A DNA stretch of 64,000 nt from Candidatus Limnocylindrales bacterium (GCA_038239115.1 JBBSFD010000003.1:24402-88401), one strand, 5' to 3'. Shown: positions 17,036 to 28,443, counted from the stretch's first letter. Translations and numbers: made by a program. Notes: generated by a model not told the origin, from the letters alone.

Positions 17036-18745
17036 TCAGCGTGGCGGTTCCGGGTTCAGCCGGGACGGGTGAGCCGATGAAGAATCCGTTACATCAGCCG
17101 CCGGCTCGGCGATGGTAGTCGGTTCGACCGAATGGGCCTGCGAGGAGTCCGCGACGGGCTCGGCCTGGCGCGGATCGAGCGGCAGGCTCACCACGAACGA
17201 GGAGCCCTGGCCGAGCTGACTGTCGACGCTGACCCGGCCGGCATGCATGTCCACGATCGACTTGACGATGGCCAGGCCCAGGCCGCTGCCGCTGCCGCGC
17301 GCCTCGTTGGCCAGCGAGCCCCGATAGAAGCGCTCGAAGATCCGGGGCAGCTCGGCCGCGTCGATGCCCACCCCGGTGTCGCGCACCTCAATCTCCGCGC
17401 CGCCGTCCACGCCCCGCACGTCGACCGTCACCCGGCCGCCGGGCGAGGTGAACTTCAGGGCGTTGCCGATCAGGTTCGAGACGACCTGCCCGATCCGCTG
17501 GGGGTCGTGCCGGATGCGGAGGGGCTTGGCGGCGGTGTGCAGGGTCAGCTCGATCCCGCGCCGGCGGGCCGTGGGCTCGGCCTGCTCGACCGCCGATTCG
17601 ACCGCCGTGCGCAGGTCGTCCGGCCGGAGATCGAGCAGGACCAGGCCGGAATCAAGCTTCGACAGCTCGAGCAGGTTCTGGGCCAGCCAGTCCAGCCGTT
17701 CGAGCTGCTGCCGGCTCGACTCGAGGAATTCGGCCCGGGTCACCGGATCGTCGCCAGCGCCCTCGCGCAGGAGCTCGTTGAACATGCGCATCGCCGCGAT
17801 GGGGGTGCGCAGCTCGTGCGAGACATCGGCCAGAAAGTCCCGGCTGCGATCGCGGTCGCGCCGGATGATCGCGACGCTCTCGTCCAGGCGGCTGGCCATC
17901 TGGTTGAACTGGCGGGACAGCTCGGCGATCTCGGTGCTGCCCGTGTTGCGCGGATCGATCGCCACCCGCCGTTCGAAGTTGCCTTCGGTCAGGTCGCGGG
18001 CGGCTTCGGTCAGCCGGCGTAGTGGCGTGGTGAACCGGCGGGCCAGGAGCGAAGCGACCACGACCGACAGGATCAGGCCGGCGGCGGCGACCACCAGCAG
18101 CAGGGACACGATCGCCTGGAGCGTGCTCGCCCGGTAGGTGTACGGACTCGAAAGCTCGACCTGGATCCCGTACTCGAAGAGCGGCGACTGCTGGACGGCG
18201 GTCGGGCCCGGATCGTTGTAGGGGATGTCGTCCCGGGCCTGGCCGGGCCGGGGCTTGGCCTCGAGCTGCGCGACGAGCGTGCCATTCGAGGCGGGTACCA
18301 GGACGCTGTTGCCGTTGCCGTCCCGGGTGATCAGGCCAAGGCTGACCTTGAGGTCGGCCTGGGCCAGGTCGTCGGCCAGGAAGCGCTGGTTGCTGGGGTT
18401 GTGGAGGAACGCCGCCACGTTGGGGTCGAGCGTGTCGGTGGGGGTCACGATCGGCGCGTCACCGGCGGCGGCATTCGAGAGCGAGATGATCAGGTCGCGC
18501 ACGGTACCGGCGCGCACCTGCAGGTCGTTGACCTGCTGCTGGTAGAAGTAGTCGTCGACCCGGTTGATCACCCCCACGAAGACGAGCAGGAGGGTCAGCG
18601 CGACCACGCCCGAGAAGGCGATCGTGAGGCGGGCCGCGAAGGTCCGGGGCAGGATCCGGCCAACCGAGCGGCGGATCGACTGGCGGATTCCGCTGGGCGT
18701 ACCGGCCGGGCTCGGCTCAGCGCTCGGCGAAGGCGTAACCGGCAC
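17036..18745 (-). CDS. Sensor histidine kinase (HAMP-HisKA-HATPase; MprB-like)
   Basis: H-box HELRTPIAAM, N-box GNALKF, G-boxes DTGVGI and GSGLGLAIV. Two TM segments flank a periplasmic domain. 5' end overlaps the regulator gene by 29 nt. Confidence 0.85.
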   Translation of the reverse strand: MPVTPSPSAEPSPAGTPSGIRQSIRRSVGRILPRTFAARLTIAFSGVVALTLLLVFVGVINRVDDYFYQQQVNDLQVRAGTVRDLIISLSNAAAGDAPIVTPTDTLDPNVAAFLHNPSNQRFLADDLAQADLKVSLGLITRDGNGNSVLVPASNGTLVAQLEAKPRPGQARDDIPYNDPGPTAVQQSPLFEYGIQVELSSPYTYRASTLQAIVSLLLVVAAAGLILSVVVASLLARRFTTPLRRLTEAARDLTEGNFERRVAIDPRNTGSTEIAELSRQFNQMASRLDESVAIIRRDRDRSRDFLADVSHELRTPIAAMRMFNELLREGAGDDPVTRAEFLESSRQQLERLDWLAQNLLELSKLDSGLVLLDLRPDDLRTAVESAVEQAEPTARRRGIELTLHTAAKPLRIRHDPQRIGQVVSNLIGNALKFTSPGGRVTVDVRGVDGGAEIEVRDTGVGIDAAELPRIFERFYRGSLANEARGSGSGLGLAIVKSIVDMHAGRVSVDSQLGQGSSFVVSLPLDPRQAEPVADSSQAHSVEPTTIAEPAADVTDSSSAHPSRLNPEPPR

Positions 18746-19415
18746 CTCGGACGGTCAGCACGAAGACCGGTAGCGAGGGATCGTCCTCGATCTTCTCGCG
18801 CAGGTGGCTGACGTGGACGTTGATCGTCTTCTCGTCCTGGTCGAGGGCCTCGTAGTCGCGCAGCAGCTCGAGCAGCTCCCGGCGCGAGTAGACCCGGCCG
18901 GGCCGGCTGGCCAGGTGGCGCAGGATCTCGAACTCGGTGGCGGTCAGGGCGATCCGCCGCTGGCCGCGCTGGACCCGCCGGCGCTCGAGGTCGATGAGCA
19001 GGTCGCCGTGGCGGATCACCCGCCCGCCGGCAGCATCGGCCAGGTCGCCGTAAGCGCGCCGCAGGAGGGCCTTGATCCGGCTCATCAGCTCGCGCAGGCC
19101 GAACGGCTTGGTCAGGTAGTCGTCGGCCCCTAGCTCCAGGCCGATGACCTTGTCGACCTCGTCATCGCGGGCGGTCAGGACCAGGACCGGTGCCTTCGAG
19201 CCGGTCGCCCGCAGGCGGCGCAGGACCTCGAACCCGTCGATTCCGGGCAGGCGCACGTCGAGCACGACGAGATCGGGCGCCTGGTTGGTGGCGAAGTCCA
19301 GGCCTTCCTCGCCGCTGCGGGCCACGGTCACTACGTAGCCTTCTTGCTGGAGGGCGTACTGGATTCCGCGGGCAACGGCAAATTCGTCTTCGACGATCAG
19401 AATCGTGGCGGCCAT
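18717..19415 (-). CDS. OmpR/PhoB-family response regulator (MprA-like)
   Basis: Receiver domain (ILIVEDE, VVLDVRLPGIDG, KPF) plus winged-helix output (LTATEFEILRHL, VRGAGYAF). Confidence 0.9.
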   Translation of the reverse strand: MAATILIVEDEFAVARGIQYALQQEGYVVTVARSGEEGLDFATNQAPDLVVLDVRLPGIDGFEVLRRLRATGSKAPVLVLTARDDEVDKVIGLELGADDYLTKPFGLRELMSRIKALLRRAYGDLADAAGGRVIRHGDLLIDLERRRVQRGQRRIALTATEFEILRHLASRPGRVYSRRELLELLRDYEALDQDEKTINVHVSHLREKIEDDPSLPVFVLTVRGAGYAFAER

Positions 19416-19493
19416 TGCCGCAATCTACACCGGCGGAGCGGAACGGCCTGTTGTGCTAGGCTCGCGCCCAACCCACCGGAGGACCTTCCCCAG

Positions 19494-20153
19494 ATGACCA
19501 CGACCCGACCGAAGCTGGCCGCCACCGAACGGCAGGTCTTCGGCAAGCGTGTCGCCAGCCTGCGCCGATCGGGCAGCCTGCCGGCCGTGATCTACGGCCA
19601 CGACCTGCCTTCGCAGTCGATCACGATCGATGCCCACGAGTTCGAGGCGCTCCACCGCAGGACCGGGCCGAACGCCCTGGTCGATGTGTCGGTCGATGGT
19701 CATCGCGCAGCGCCGGTGCTGATCCATGCAATCCAGCGCGACCCGGTCCACCAGCGCGTCCTCCACGTCGACCTGCTCGCCGTGCGGATGACCGAGGAGC
19801 TGACCGTCGACGTGCCGATCGTGTTCACCGGGACGGCCCCCGCAGTCGAGCTCAACGGCGGGACGCTGCTGCACATGACCGAGGCAGTCCGGGTCCGGGC
19901 ACTGCCCGACCACCTGCCCCAGTCGGTGTCGCTGGCGATCGACTCGCTGGTCGACTTCGAGACGACCCTCCACGTGCGCGACCTGATCCTGCCCGAGGAC
20001 GTGGTCCTTTTGACCGATGTCGATGAGGCCGTCGTGCGCGTCCAGGCGCCTCGCCAGGAGGAGGTCGCTCCGGTGGTCGCCGAGACGGCGGCCGAAGGTG
20101 CCGAAGAGGAAGGCGAGACCCCGGCCGCGACGACCGAGTCCGAGGAAGGCTGA
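19494..20153 (+). CDS. rplY: 50S ribosomal protein L25 / general stress protein Ctc
   Basis: ATG 19494 preceded by GGAGGA at 19478-19483. LPAVIYGHD and NALVDVSVDG are L25/Ctc signatures. Acidic C-terminal tail. Confidence 0.85.
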   Translation: MTTTRPKLAATERQVFGKRVASLRRSGSLPAVIYGHDLPSQSITIDAHEFEALHRRTGPNALVDVSVDGHRAAPVLIHAIQRDPVHQRVLHVDLLAVRMTEELTVDVPIVFTGTAPAVELNGGTLLHMTEAVRVRALPDHLPQSVSLAIDSLVDFETTLHVRDLILPEDVVLLTDVDEAVVRVQAPRQEEVAPVVAETAAEGAEEEGETPAATTESEEG

Positions 20154-20193
20154 TCCGGGTCGGATCCGGCCCGGCCAGGCAGCCCTCGGGCAG

Positions 20194-21027
20194 CTACGCC
20201 GGGCGCCTCGCCAGGGCGTAGATGACCGGCACCCGCCAGCGAAAGTCGGCCGGCTCGAGCCGGGCGAGCCGCGCGTTGGTCAGCGCCCGCAATCGATCCC
20301 GTTCCTGCGGCTCGAGGTCGGCGAACAGCTCGCGCTCCGCGTAGCCCTCCAGGAATCCGGCATAGGTGGCCGGGTCGTGCTGGTAGTCGAGCCAGGCCTC
20401 GCGGGCCTGGACGCCCCGAAAGCCGACCCGGCGCAGGCGCGCCGCCGTGGCCTGGGCGGAGGCCAGGTCGCCCGAACGCGCCTCTTCGGCCTCGTCGTCG
20501 TCGAAGTCCAGGTCGAGCTCGTCAAGCGCCGCCGCGAACGCCTCGTCGGGCGCAAACGCCTCGTCGGCAACCTGCCAGGTGACCAGGCCCAACCAGCCGC
20601 CGGGCCGAAGGACCCGGCGCGCTTCGGCCAGGGCCACGGTCAGGTTCGGGACGAGCTGGTACACGAACGAGCTGACGACCCCGTCGAACGAGCCGTCGTC
20701 GAAGGGCAGTCGCCCGGCGTGACCGCGCAGCCAGCTGAGCCGGGCGTGGGCCGCGGGCTCGAGGCTGGCCCCGGCCGCGCCCTCGGCAACCGCCAGCATC
20801 TCCGCCGAGCCGTCCAGCCCCGTGACCTGGAGCGCGGGCCAGCGCCGAGCCGCCTCGATCGCCAGCAACCCGGCGCCCGTGCCGACATCGAGCAGGCGAC
20901 CGGTCGGCGGACCGCCGGCCAGCTCGAGGTGGTCCAGCAGCTCGCGCGCGCTGGTTGCCAGGACGGGCTCCCACCACTGGCGGTAGGCGCTGGCCGACGC
21001 GTCGTAGCGCGCCTCGATCGTCTTCAC
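20194..21027 (-). CDS. Class I SAM-dependent methyltransferase
   Basis: GTG start (VKTIEARYDASASAYRQWW). Motif I LLDVGTGAGLLA, acidic loop LDGSAEML, and post-I PGGWLGLVT. The upstream 380 aa of track ORF 20194..22164 is antisense to the ligase gene and is rejected. Confidence 0.8.
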   Translation of the reverse strand: MKTIEARYDASASAYRQWWEPVLATSARELLDHLELAGGPPTGRLLDVGTGAGLLAIEAARRWPALQVTGLDGSAEMLAVAEGAAGASLEPAAHARLSWLRGHAGRLPFDDGSFDGVVSSFVYQLVPNLTVALAEARRVLRPGGWLGLVTWQVADEAFAPDEAFAAALDELDLDFDDDEAEEARSGDLASAQATAARLRRVGFRGVQAREAWLDYQHDPATYAGFLEGYAERELFADLEPQERDRLRALTNARLARLEPADFRWRVPVIYALARRPA

Positions 21028-21054
21028 CGGACTATCCTCAGGTCGATGGATCTC

Positions 21055-22131
21055 CCGGTCAATCCGCCGATCGAGCCAATGCTGGCCAAGCCGGCCGGCT
21101 CGTTTCCGACCGACACCGGCTGGCTGTTCGAGCCGAAGTGGGACGGCTTTCGGGCGCTCGTCTTCCGGGACGGCGACGAGGTCCTGATCCAGTCCCGCGA
21201 CCTCAAGCCGCTCGATCGCTACTTCCCAGAGCTGGCCGCGCCGCTCCGGCGCTGGCTGCCCGAGCGCTGCGTCCTGGACGGCGAGGTGGTCATCGCCGGC
21301 GCCGACGGGCGCCTTGACTTCGACGCCCTGCTCCTGCGGATCCATCCGGCCGCCTCGCGGGTGCGCATGCTGGCCGAGGAGTCGCCGGCCAGCTACGTGG
21401 CCTGGGACATCCTGGCCCTGGCCGATGCCGACCTGCGCTCGATGGCGCAGGCCGAGCGGCGGAGCCGTCTGGAAGGCGTGCTGGGCAGCGTCGAGCCGCC
21501 GATCCACCTCACCCCGGCGACCCTCGACCGGGCGACCGCCATGGACTGGTTCGACCGGTTCGAGGGGGCCGGCCTGGACGGGGTGATCGCCAAGCGCCTC
21601 GACGCGGCCTATCAGCCGGGCAAGCGGGCGATGCTCAAGCTCAAGCACCAGCGCACGGCCGATTGCGTCGTGGCCGGCTTCCGCTGGCACAAGGACGGCC
21701 CGGGGACCCTCATCGGGTCGCTCCTGCTGGGCCTGTTTGACGCGGAGGGCACGCTTCACCACGTGGGCGTGACCTCGTCGTTCACGATGGCCCGCCGGGC
21801 GGAGCTCGTGGCCGAGCTGGCGCCGTTGCGCGAAGGAGCTCAGGAGGGCCATCCCTGGGCCGGCTGGGCGAGCTTGGCCGAAGAGCAGGCCGCCAGCGGC
21901 CAGCGTGTGCCGGGCGCGACGTCGCGCTGGAACCGGGGCAAGGACCTTTCGTGGGAGCTGCTCCGCCCGGAGCGCGTCGTGGAAGTCGCCTTCGACCACC
22001 TCCAGGGCGATCGCTTCCGGCACGGCACGACCTTCATCCGCTGGCGGCTCGATAAGCAGCCGGCGGACTGCCGCTACGACCAGCTGGCCGAGACCCCGGC
22101 CTACGAGCTGGGTCGAATCTTCACGACCTAG
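21055..22131 (+). CDS. ATP-dependent DNA ligase (LigC-type, ligase domain only)
   Basis: MDLPVNPPIEPMLAKP, adenylation lysine motif EPKWDGFR, then motifs III-V (VLDGEVV, EGVIAK, LKLK). About 358 aa. Start within +/-3 nt. Confidence 0.85.
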   Translation, partial: PVNPPIEPMLAKPAGSFPTDTGWLFEPKWDGFRALVFRDGDEVLIQSRDLKPLDRYFPELAAPLRRWLPERCVLDGEVVIAGADGRLDFDALLLRIHPAASRVRMLAEESPASYVAWDILALADADLRSMAQAERRSRLEGVLGSVEPPIHLTPATLDRATAMDWFDRFEGAGLDGVIAKRLDAAYQPGKRAMLKLKHQRTADCVVAGFRWHKDGPGTLIGSLLLGLFDAEGTLHHVGVTSSFTMARRAELVAELAPLREGAQEGHPWAGWASLAEEQAASGQRVPGATSRWNRGKDLSWELLRPERVVEVAFDHLQGDRFRHGTTFIRWRLDKQPADCRYDQLAETPAYELGRIFTT

Positions 22132-22182
22132 ATGCCTTCCGCCGGCGGGCGCGCGCAGGCACAATCGTCCGAACCAGGTCCC

Positions 22183-23130
<948 letters not shown>

Positions 23131-23147
23131 CCCAGCGCGTCGCCTGC

Positions 23148-24101
23148 CTAGCGCCGATGGGCGCCCTGGTAACGAGGTGGACGACCGGGCGGCGGGCCGC
23201 GCCTTCGGTCCCGTGAAGCCAGGACGACGCCGGCCACGACCAGGACGATGACAAGGCCGGCCACGATCGGGCCAACCGGCGGTCCACCGCCGGCGCTTGC
23301 GTCGGCCGGCGCGGGCGCGCTGCTCGGCGCGGCGCTCCCGCCGATCTCGCCGATGCTGGGCACGACCACGCCGCTCGATGGGCCGGCCGACTCCCCGCCC
23401 GAGGCGGCCGCCGATGCCGCCGGGCCGCCGACGGGCGTAGCCGTGGGATACGCCCCACCCGCTCCGGGCGCGACCATGGCGTATTCGCCACCGCCCGTCA
23501 CGACCGCCAGGTACGAGGCGGCAAAGCCCGCATCGTCGGTCTTCAGGTTGCGCCAGCCCTGGCCGTCATTGACGGCGATGACCTGGTTGGGGGTGGTGAA
23601 CGGACCGCGCAGGCCAACGGTCACCTCCGCAGTCGCCGGCGCGGTCAGGGCCGTGCCGTCCTGGTTGGTGATGCTGAAGCGGTAGACGTTGCCCTCGATG
23701 TGGTCGTTGGCCGGCAGCGTCTCGGGCAGGATCGGCTCGATCGAGAGCTTGATCGAGGACGTGCCCTTGGGCAGGACGAACGCGCCCGGCGTGGCGAACA
23801 GCTGGGCCTGCGGTTGCAGCTCGGGCGTGGCGATGGCGATCAGCCGGTTCTTGCCGGCGGCATCTATCCCGGCCGCGCCCTCCGCGCCCATGGCGCCACC
23901 GGCCGCGCCGGCCGGCGGGAGGAGCCACAGGTACGGAGCCACCGTGGTCACCCCGTCGTAGAGCGGCGGAGCGCCCAGCGGCGCCAGCAACTGGGCCAGT
24001 CCGATGGCCACGACGCCCAGCCCCACGACCGCCAGCCCGGCCCGGAGATCCCGGCCTGGGACGGCCCGTGATCCAGTTGGCGATCCGCTCACGTCGCGCA
24101 C
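23148..24101 (-). CDS. Secreted/cell-surface protein with N-terminal signal sequence and C-terminal TM anchor, hypothetical
   Basis: Signal-like LAVVGLGVVAIGLAQLLAPLGA. Central beta-rich domain. C-terminal GPIVAGLVIVLVVAGVVLASRDRRRG anchor plus a basic tail. Confidence 0.55.
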   Translation of the reverse strand: MRDVSGSPTGSRAVPGRDLRAGLAVVGLGVVAIGLAQLLAPLGAPPLYDGVTTVAPYLWLLPPAGAAGGAMGAEGAAGIDAAGKNRLIAIATPELQPQAQLFATPGAFVLPKGTSSIKLSIEPILPETLPANDHIEGNVYRFSITNQDGTALTAPATAEVTVGLRGPFTTPNQVIAVNDGQGWRNLKTDDAGFAASYLAVVTGGGEYAMVAPGAGGAYPTATPVGGPAASAAASGGESAGPSSGVVVPSIGEIGGSAAPSSAPAPADASAGGGPPVGPIVAGLVIVLVVAGVVLASRDRRRGPPPGRPPRYQGAHRR

Positions 24102-24169
24102 CTTCGCACAGCGCGGGCTGGCGTGCAGGCGGGCTGGCCAGGCCTGGCCCTGGAAGCGGACGGCCGAGG

Positions 24170-25291
24170 CTAGCGGTCCTGGGCGATGACGACCTCGTTG
24201 CGGGGATCGTCGGCGGTGGCGAAGCGGAGCAGCGCCAGGCCCTCCTCGACCAGGCCCGTCCGGTCCTGCCGGCTGGGCTCGACCTGCAGCTCGACTGCCA
24301 GGATCGCTCGAGCTGCCTCACGCTCGATCCGCCAGCCGCCGGCGAACCGGCCGTCGAGCAGGACGCTGCCGAGGCGCCCCCCGTTGCCCGGAAACAGGGG
24401 CGTCTTGTCGGTCCTCTCCATGACCCGGGTCCGGTCCTGGTGGCCGAGCAGGACGTTGTCGTACTCAGGCAGGTAGCGCGGCGGAGCGGGCACCTCGGCC
24501 GGCGGCCGGGGTGCATCGGGCAGGTCGAACAGCTCCCGGCCGGCCTCATCGCGGAACACGACCAGGCGGGGACGGAGGCGCTCGACCACCGCCCGCAGGC
24601 CGGTCAGGCGGGACCAGTTCTGGATATCGGCGACCGTGGCCGGCCCGAACGCGCCGAGGTAGCGGAGCACGACCCGGTCGGCCGTCGGATCGTGGCCCAC
24701 CGAGTCGCCCAGCCAGCTCTCGGCCAGGGCCTGGGTGGGCGCCCCGCTCCTGCCCCAGATGCCCCTCGGTGGGACCTGCACGGTCGGCAGGACGTGGCCG
24801 ATGGCCATGGCCAGCGAGGCCGGATCGCGCCCCGGCCAGGACTCGGCCAGGCGAGCGCCGAGCTCGGCCCGGGTACGCGGGCGTTCCTGCAGCAGGCGCC
24901 GCGCCGCGTCGACGATCGGGGCCAGGTCAAGCCCCTCGAGGTTGCGCCGGAACGGCGAGCCCAGGTAGCCCCGCTCGAGGACTGGCCGGAAGACCGGCCA
25001 CAGGTCGAGGTAGTCACGCCGGCTGAACAGGTGGATCGTGACCCGCATGAGCGAGCCGCGAACGGCCTGTCGGTCGGCTGTCAGGCTGGCCAGCTCATCG
25101 GTCCGGAATTCGCTCAGGCGGGTCCACAGGCCCACGTACGGGGCGTTGGGCGCCTGGGACTGCAGCCCGACGAGGTGCTCGATCATGGCCAGGGCCGGCA
25201 AGTCGACGCGTTCGAGCAGCATCTGGCGGGCGAGCAGGGCGCGGTTGAGGGCGGCCCGGCCGAGGATCGGCGGACCAGGACGATTGGTCAT
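24170..25291 (-). CDS. Winged-helix DNA-binding domain protein of the AlkZ/YcaQ (DUF1006) family; possible DNA crosslink-repair glycosylase
   Basis: N-terminal LLARQMLLER..., ALAMIEHLVGLQSQAPNAPYVGLWTRL and QAVRGSLMRVTIHL resemble AlkZ-like proteins. About 373 aa. Confidence 0.75.
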   Translation of the reverse strand: MTNRPGPPILGRAALNRALLARQMLLERVDLPALAMIEHLVGLQSQAPNAPYVGLWTRLSEFRTDELASLTADRQAVRGSLMRVTIHLFSRRDYLDLWPVFRPVLERGYLGSPFRRNLEGLDLAPIVDAARRLLQERPRTRAELGARLAESWPGRDPASLAMAIGHVLPTVQVPPRGIWGRSGAPTQALAESWLGDSVGHDPTADRVVLRYLGAFGPATVADIQNWSRLTGLRAVVERLRPRLVVFRDEAGRELFDLPDAPRPPAEVPAPPRYLPEYDNVLLGHQDRTRVMERTDKTPLFPGNGGRLGSVLLDGRFAGGWRIEREAARAILAVELQVEPSRQDRTGLVEEGLALLRFATADDPRNEVVIAQDR

Positions 25292-25626
25292 GGTGATTTA
25301 GTCTGATGCCTGCCCGATGTTCACGATTCTTGGCTTGTATCACGTCCGGGATCGGAGCACGCTGGCGACCTGCTGGCAGGCTGGCCGAGCCGCCCCAGGT
25401 CATTGCGCACCGGGACACTGCGAGAACGCCATGAACCACGACGGCCCAGATCAACCCACCGAGCGAGACGGCCGCGCCGATCCCCGGCTCAGGCCGGCCC
25501 GGCGCCCGCGCGAGGAGCAGGATCCGCTCGAGGATCGTCCCGCCAGATCGCGCGCTCGATATGGCCGGCTGCGCCCGGTCGAGTCGCTCGTCAGCCCGGA
25601 TGAGGTCGCGACCTGGTTCGGCTGAT

Positions 25627-28443
25627 TCAGGCGGTCCGGCGGACCAGTCGGGGTGGTTCAGCTGGCGGTTCGGCCGGCTGGGCGTCGAGCAGGTCGTAGA
25701 CCGCCCCGGCCGGAACCGGCCGGGAGAACAGGAAGCCCTGGGCCTGCTGGCAGCCTAGCGCCCCGAGTCGCTCAAGCTGCTCGGTCGTCTCGACGCCCTC
25801 GGCCGTCACCCGCAGGTCGAGCGCGGAGGCGAAGGCCAGGGTCGCGGTGACGATAGCCGTATCCTCGCGCGAGCGGCCCAGGCCGGTCACGAACGACCGG
25901 TCGATCTTCAGACCCTGGACCGTGAATCGCTTGAAGTACTCGAGGGCCGAGAAGCCCGTCCCGAAGTCGTCGATCGCGAGCTGCACGCCCAGGTCGCGCA
26001 GCTGCCGGAGCGAGCCGTCGCTCGTGGCCGACTCGTGCAGGGTCAGCGATTCGGTGATCTCGAGGATCAAGGCGGCCGGCTCGAGCTGGGTCGCGCCCAG
26101 GATCGCGCGCACCTCGGCGGCGAAGCCCGGCTCGATGGCCTGGCGGGCCGACACGTTGACGCTGACCGTGAGGTCCTGCCGGCCCGGCCCGCTCAGACGC
26201 CACTCGCGCAGGCGCTGGCAGGCCTCGCTGGTGACCAGCCGGCCGAGCGGCACGATCAGGCCGGTCGCTTCGGCCAGGGGGATGAACTCATCCGGAGGGA
26301 TCAGGCCGCGGACCGGGTCGCGCCAGCGGACGAGCGCCTCGAAGCCCACGATCCGCAGCGACGGCAGGCTCACGATGGGCTGGTAGTGGACCTCGAACTC
26401 CTCGTTCTCGATCGCCCCCCGCAGGGCCGCCTCGAGCTCCAGCCGGCCCTGGGCCTGCAAGCGCATCGATGGGTCGAAGACGGCGTGGCGGGCCTTGCCC
26501 AGGGCCTTGGCCGCGTACATCGCCGCGTCGGCGTGGGCCAGCAGGTCGTCGGCCCGAGTGGCGGAGCCGCGGGCGAGGGCGATTCCGATGCTTGCCCGGA
26601 CGACCAAACGGCGGCCCTCGAGCTCGATCGGCCGGCCCAGCTCGAGGGTCAGTCGGTCGGCCAGCGCCTCGGCCTCCTCGACCCCCGACACCCGATCGAC
26701 GAGAATGGAGAACTCGTCGCCGCCCTGCCGGGCGGCCACGTCCTCGGAGCGCAGGGCGTTCGAGAGACGGCGAGCGACCTCGATCAGCAGGCGGTCGCCG
26801 GCCCGGTGGCCGAGCGAGTCATTGATCACCTTGAAGTCGTCCAGGTCGAGGAAGAGCAGGGCCACGCTCGTCCGGCGCCGACGCGAGCGGGCCAGCGCCC
26901 GGTCGGCGTGCTCCCGGAAGAGGACCCGGTTGGCCAGGCCGGTCAGGGGGTCGTGGAGAGTGTCGTGCAGGAGCTGGGCCTCGAGGCGCTTCTGCTCGGT
27001 CGTGTCGACCAGCAGGCCCTGCGAGGTGCGGCTACCGTCGGGCGACTCGCCCTCCAGGGCATAGGCCTCGTCGTGCACCCACACGATCGACTCGTCGGCG
27101 GCAATCATCCGATAGTCGATCCGGAGCGGCTTCTGGGTCCGCCAGTGCTCGGCGTAGGCCGCCAGGGCGACGGTTCGGTCGGCCGGGTGGATCAGGCCCG
27201 GCCACAGCTCGGGATCGGCCAGGAAATCGGCCGGCGGGTAGCCCAGGATCGCCTCGATCTGGGGGCTCATGTAGGCCAGCCGGCCGCCATCGGTCACGTT
27301 GCGATCGGCCACGTCGATGTACACGGCTGCGGGTACTCGTTCGACCAGGACCTGGTAGCGCGAGTCGGCCTGGGCCCGGCGCAGGAGCGCCACCTCCAGA
27401 TCGCCCTGGGCCGTGCGCGAGGTCTCCAGGAGGCGTCCGCGCTCGTGGACCAGGACGGTCTGCCGAAAGCCGGCCAGGACGACCACGATCAGGGCGCCGA
27501 TGTCGACCAGGCCGAACTCCGTGTGGACCAGGTGCCGGCCGACGAGCAGGAGGGCGCTGACGAGCAGGGCCACGACCGGCAGAGCGGCCAGGACGACGCT
27601 CGCCAGCCGGCCCAGGCGCTGGCCGGCGGCCGCACCGAGGCGCCAGTCGCTGCCGCCCAGGCCGACCGCCACGATCCCGAACGAGAAGGCGAAGTTGGCC
27701 GGGCTGCCCGGAGCCGGTGGCGCCACGAACGCGTCCCGCAGCCAGATCGCCCAGGCGAGACCCAGAATGGCGAAGCCGGCCAGGAGCAGGTAGCCACCGC
27801 CCCGCGGCGACGCGCGGACCGCCAGGAGGGCCACGAGTCCGGCACCGGCGGTAGCCAGGTGGACGATCGGATAGGCCACGGCGACCGTGGCGCCAAGCGC
27901 GCCCACGTTGGCCATCTGGCCGCCGTCGATCGCCAGGATCAGGGCGGTGATGGCCAGGAAGATCGCCACCGCGTCGAGGTAGACCGACAGCTCCTCGGCC
28001 TCCGGCAGCCGCCCCCGGATCGCGGCCACCAGCGCGCCGATGACCGGCGGCACCAGGAGCAGATAGCCGGCATCCGATGGAGCCGGCAGGCCGTACCAGC
28101 CGAGCGCCGCCTGGGCGTCCCAGAGCAGCTGGCCGATCAGCCAGGCGCCCGTGCCCATCGCCACCAGGGTCGCGATCAGCCGGGCACTGCCGCTCGCCCG
28201 CCAGGCGACGGCCGCGGGATAGGCGAAGGCGAGCATCCCGGCCGCCGTCCAATGGGCGTTCTCCCACAGGGCCCGATGGGCATCGGTTCCGACGACGGTG
28301 AGGGCCATGAACCCCAGCATGATCGGCAGGCCGACCCACAGGACGAGCCTGGGAGTGGGCGCCAGCGACGATCGCCGGGCCATGCCGAGCACGGTCGATC
28401 TACCGGCCGGGCCGGCGGGTTCGATCCGATCGACGCTATTCAC
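25627..28443 (-). CDS. Membrane-sensor diguanylate cyclase/phosphodiesterase (multi-TM N-terminal domain - PAS - GGDEF - EAL)
   Basis: About 9-10 N-terminal TM helices, PAS (MSPQIEAILGYPP), GGDEF variant RQGGDEFSIL, EAL (EALVRW, DDFGTGFS, KIDRSF). Start could also be ATG 28383. Confidence 0.9.
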   Translation of the reverse strand: MNSVDRIEPAGPAGRSTVLGMARRSSLAPTPRLVLWVGLPIMLGFMALTVVGTDAHRALWENAHWTAAGMLAFAYPAAVAWRASGSARLIATLVAMGTGAWLIGQLLWDAQAALGWYGLPAPSDAGYLLLVPPVIGALVAAIRGRLPEAEELSVYLDAVAIFLAITALILAIDGGQMANVGALGATVAVAYPIVHLATAGAGLVALLAVRASPRGGGYLLLAGFAILGLAWAIWLRDAFVAPPAPGSPANFAFSFGIVAVGLGGSDWRLGAAAGQRLGRLASVVLAALPVVALLVSALLLVGRHLVHTEFGLVDIGALIVVVLAGFRQTVLVHERGRLLETSRTAQGDLEVALLRRAQADSRYQVLVERVPAAVYIDVADRNVTDGGRLAYMSPQIEAILGYPPADFLADPELWPGLIHPADRTVALAAYAEHWRTQKPLRIDYRMIAADESIVWVHDEAYALEGESPDGSRTSQGLLVDTTEQKRLEAQLLHDTLHDPLTGLANRVLFREHADRALARSRRRRTSVALLFLDLDDFKVINDSLGHRAGDRLLIEVARRLSNALRSEDVAARQGGDEFSILVDRVSGVEEAEALADRLTLELGRPIELEGRRLVVRASIGIALARGSATRADDLLAHADAAMYAAKALGKARHAVFDPSMRLQAQGRLELEAALRGAIENEEFEVHYQPIVSLPSLRIVGFEALVRWRDPVRGLIPPDEFIPLAEATGLIVPLGRLVTSEACQRLREWRLSGPGRQDLTVSVNVSARQAIEPGFAAEVRAILGATQLEPAALILEITESLTLHESATSDGSLRQLRDLGVQLAIDDFGTGFSALEYFKRFTVQGLKIDRSFVTGLGRSREDTAIVTATLAFASALDLRVTAEGVETTEQLERLGALGCQQAQGFLFSRPVPAGAVYDLLDAQPAEPPAEPPRLVRRTA

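Noticed and set aside
20152-20169. GGATCC-containing palindrome (cggatccg) between rplY and the methyltransferase
   Set aside because: Self-complementary restriction-site-like palindrome rather than a stem-loop with a loop. Not convincing as a terminator.
20017-22164. 704-aa plus ORF and 656-aa minus ORF suggesting large fusion proteins
   Set aside because: Only the 3' 358 aa of the plus ORF (ligase) and the 3' 277 aa of the minus ORF (methyltransferase) show coherent domain motifs. The remainders are each antisense to the other gene.
25317-25625. 102-aa plus ORF in the intergenic region between the AlkZ-like and GGDEF-EAL genes
   Set aside because: Mixed GC3 with many rare codons (att, ctt, ttg, tat, gat, ggt, caa). 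Likely non-coding.
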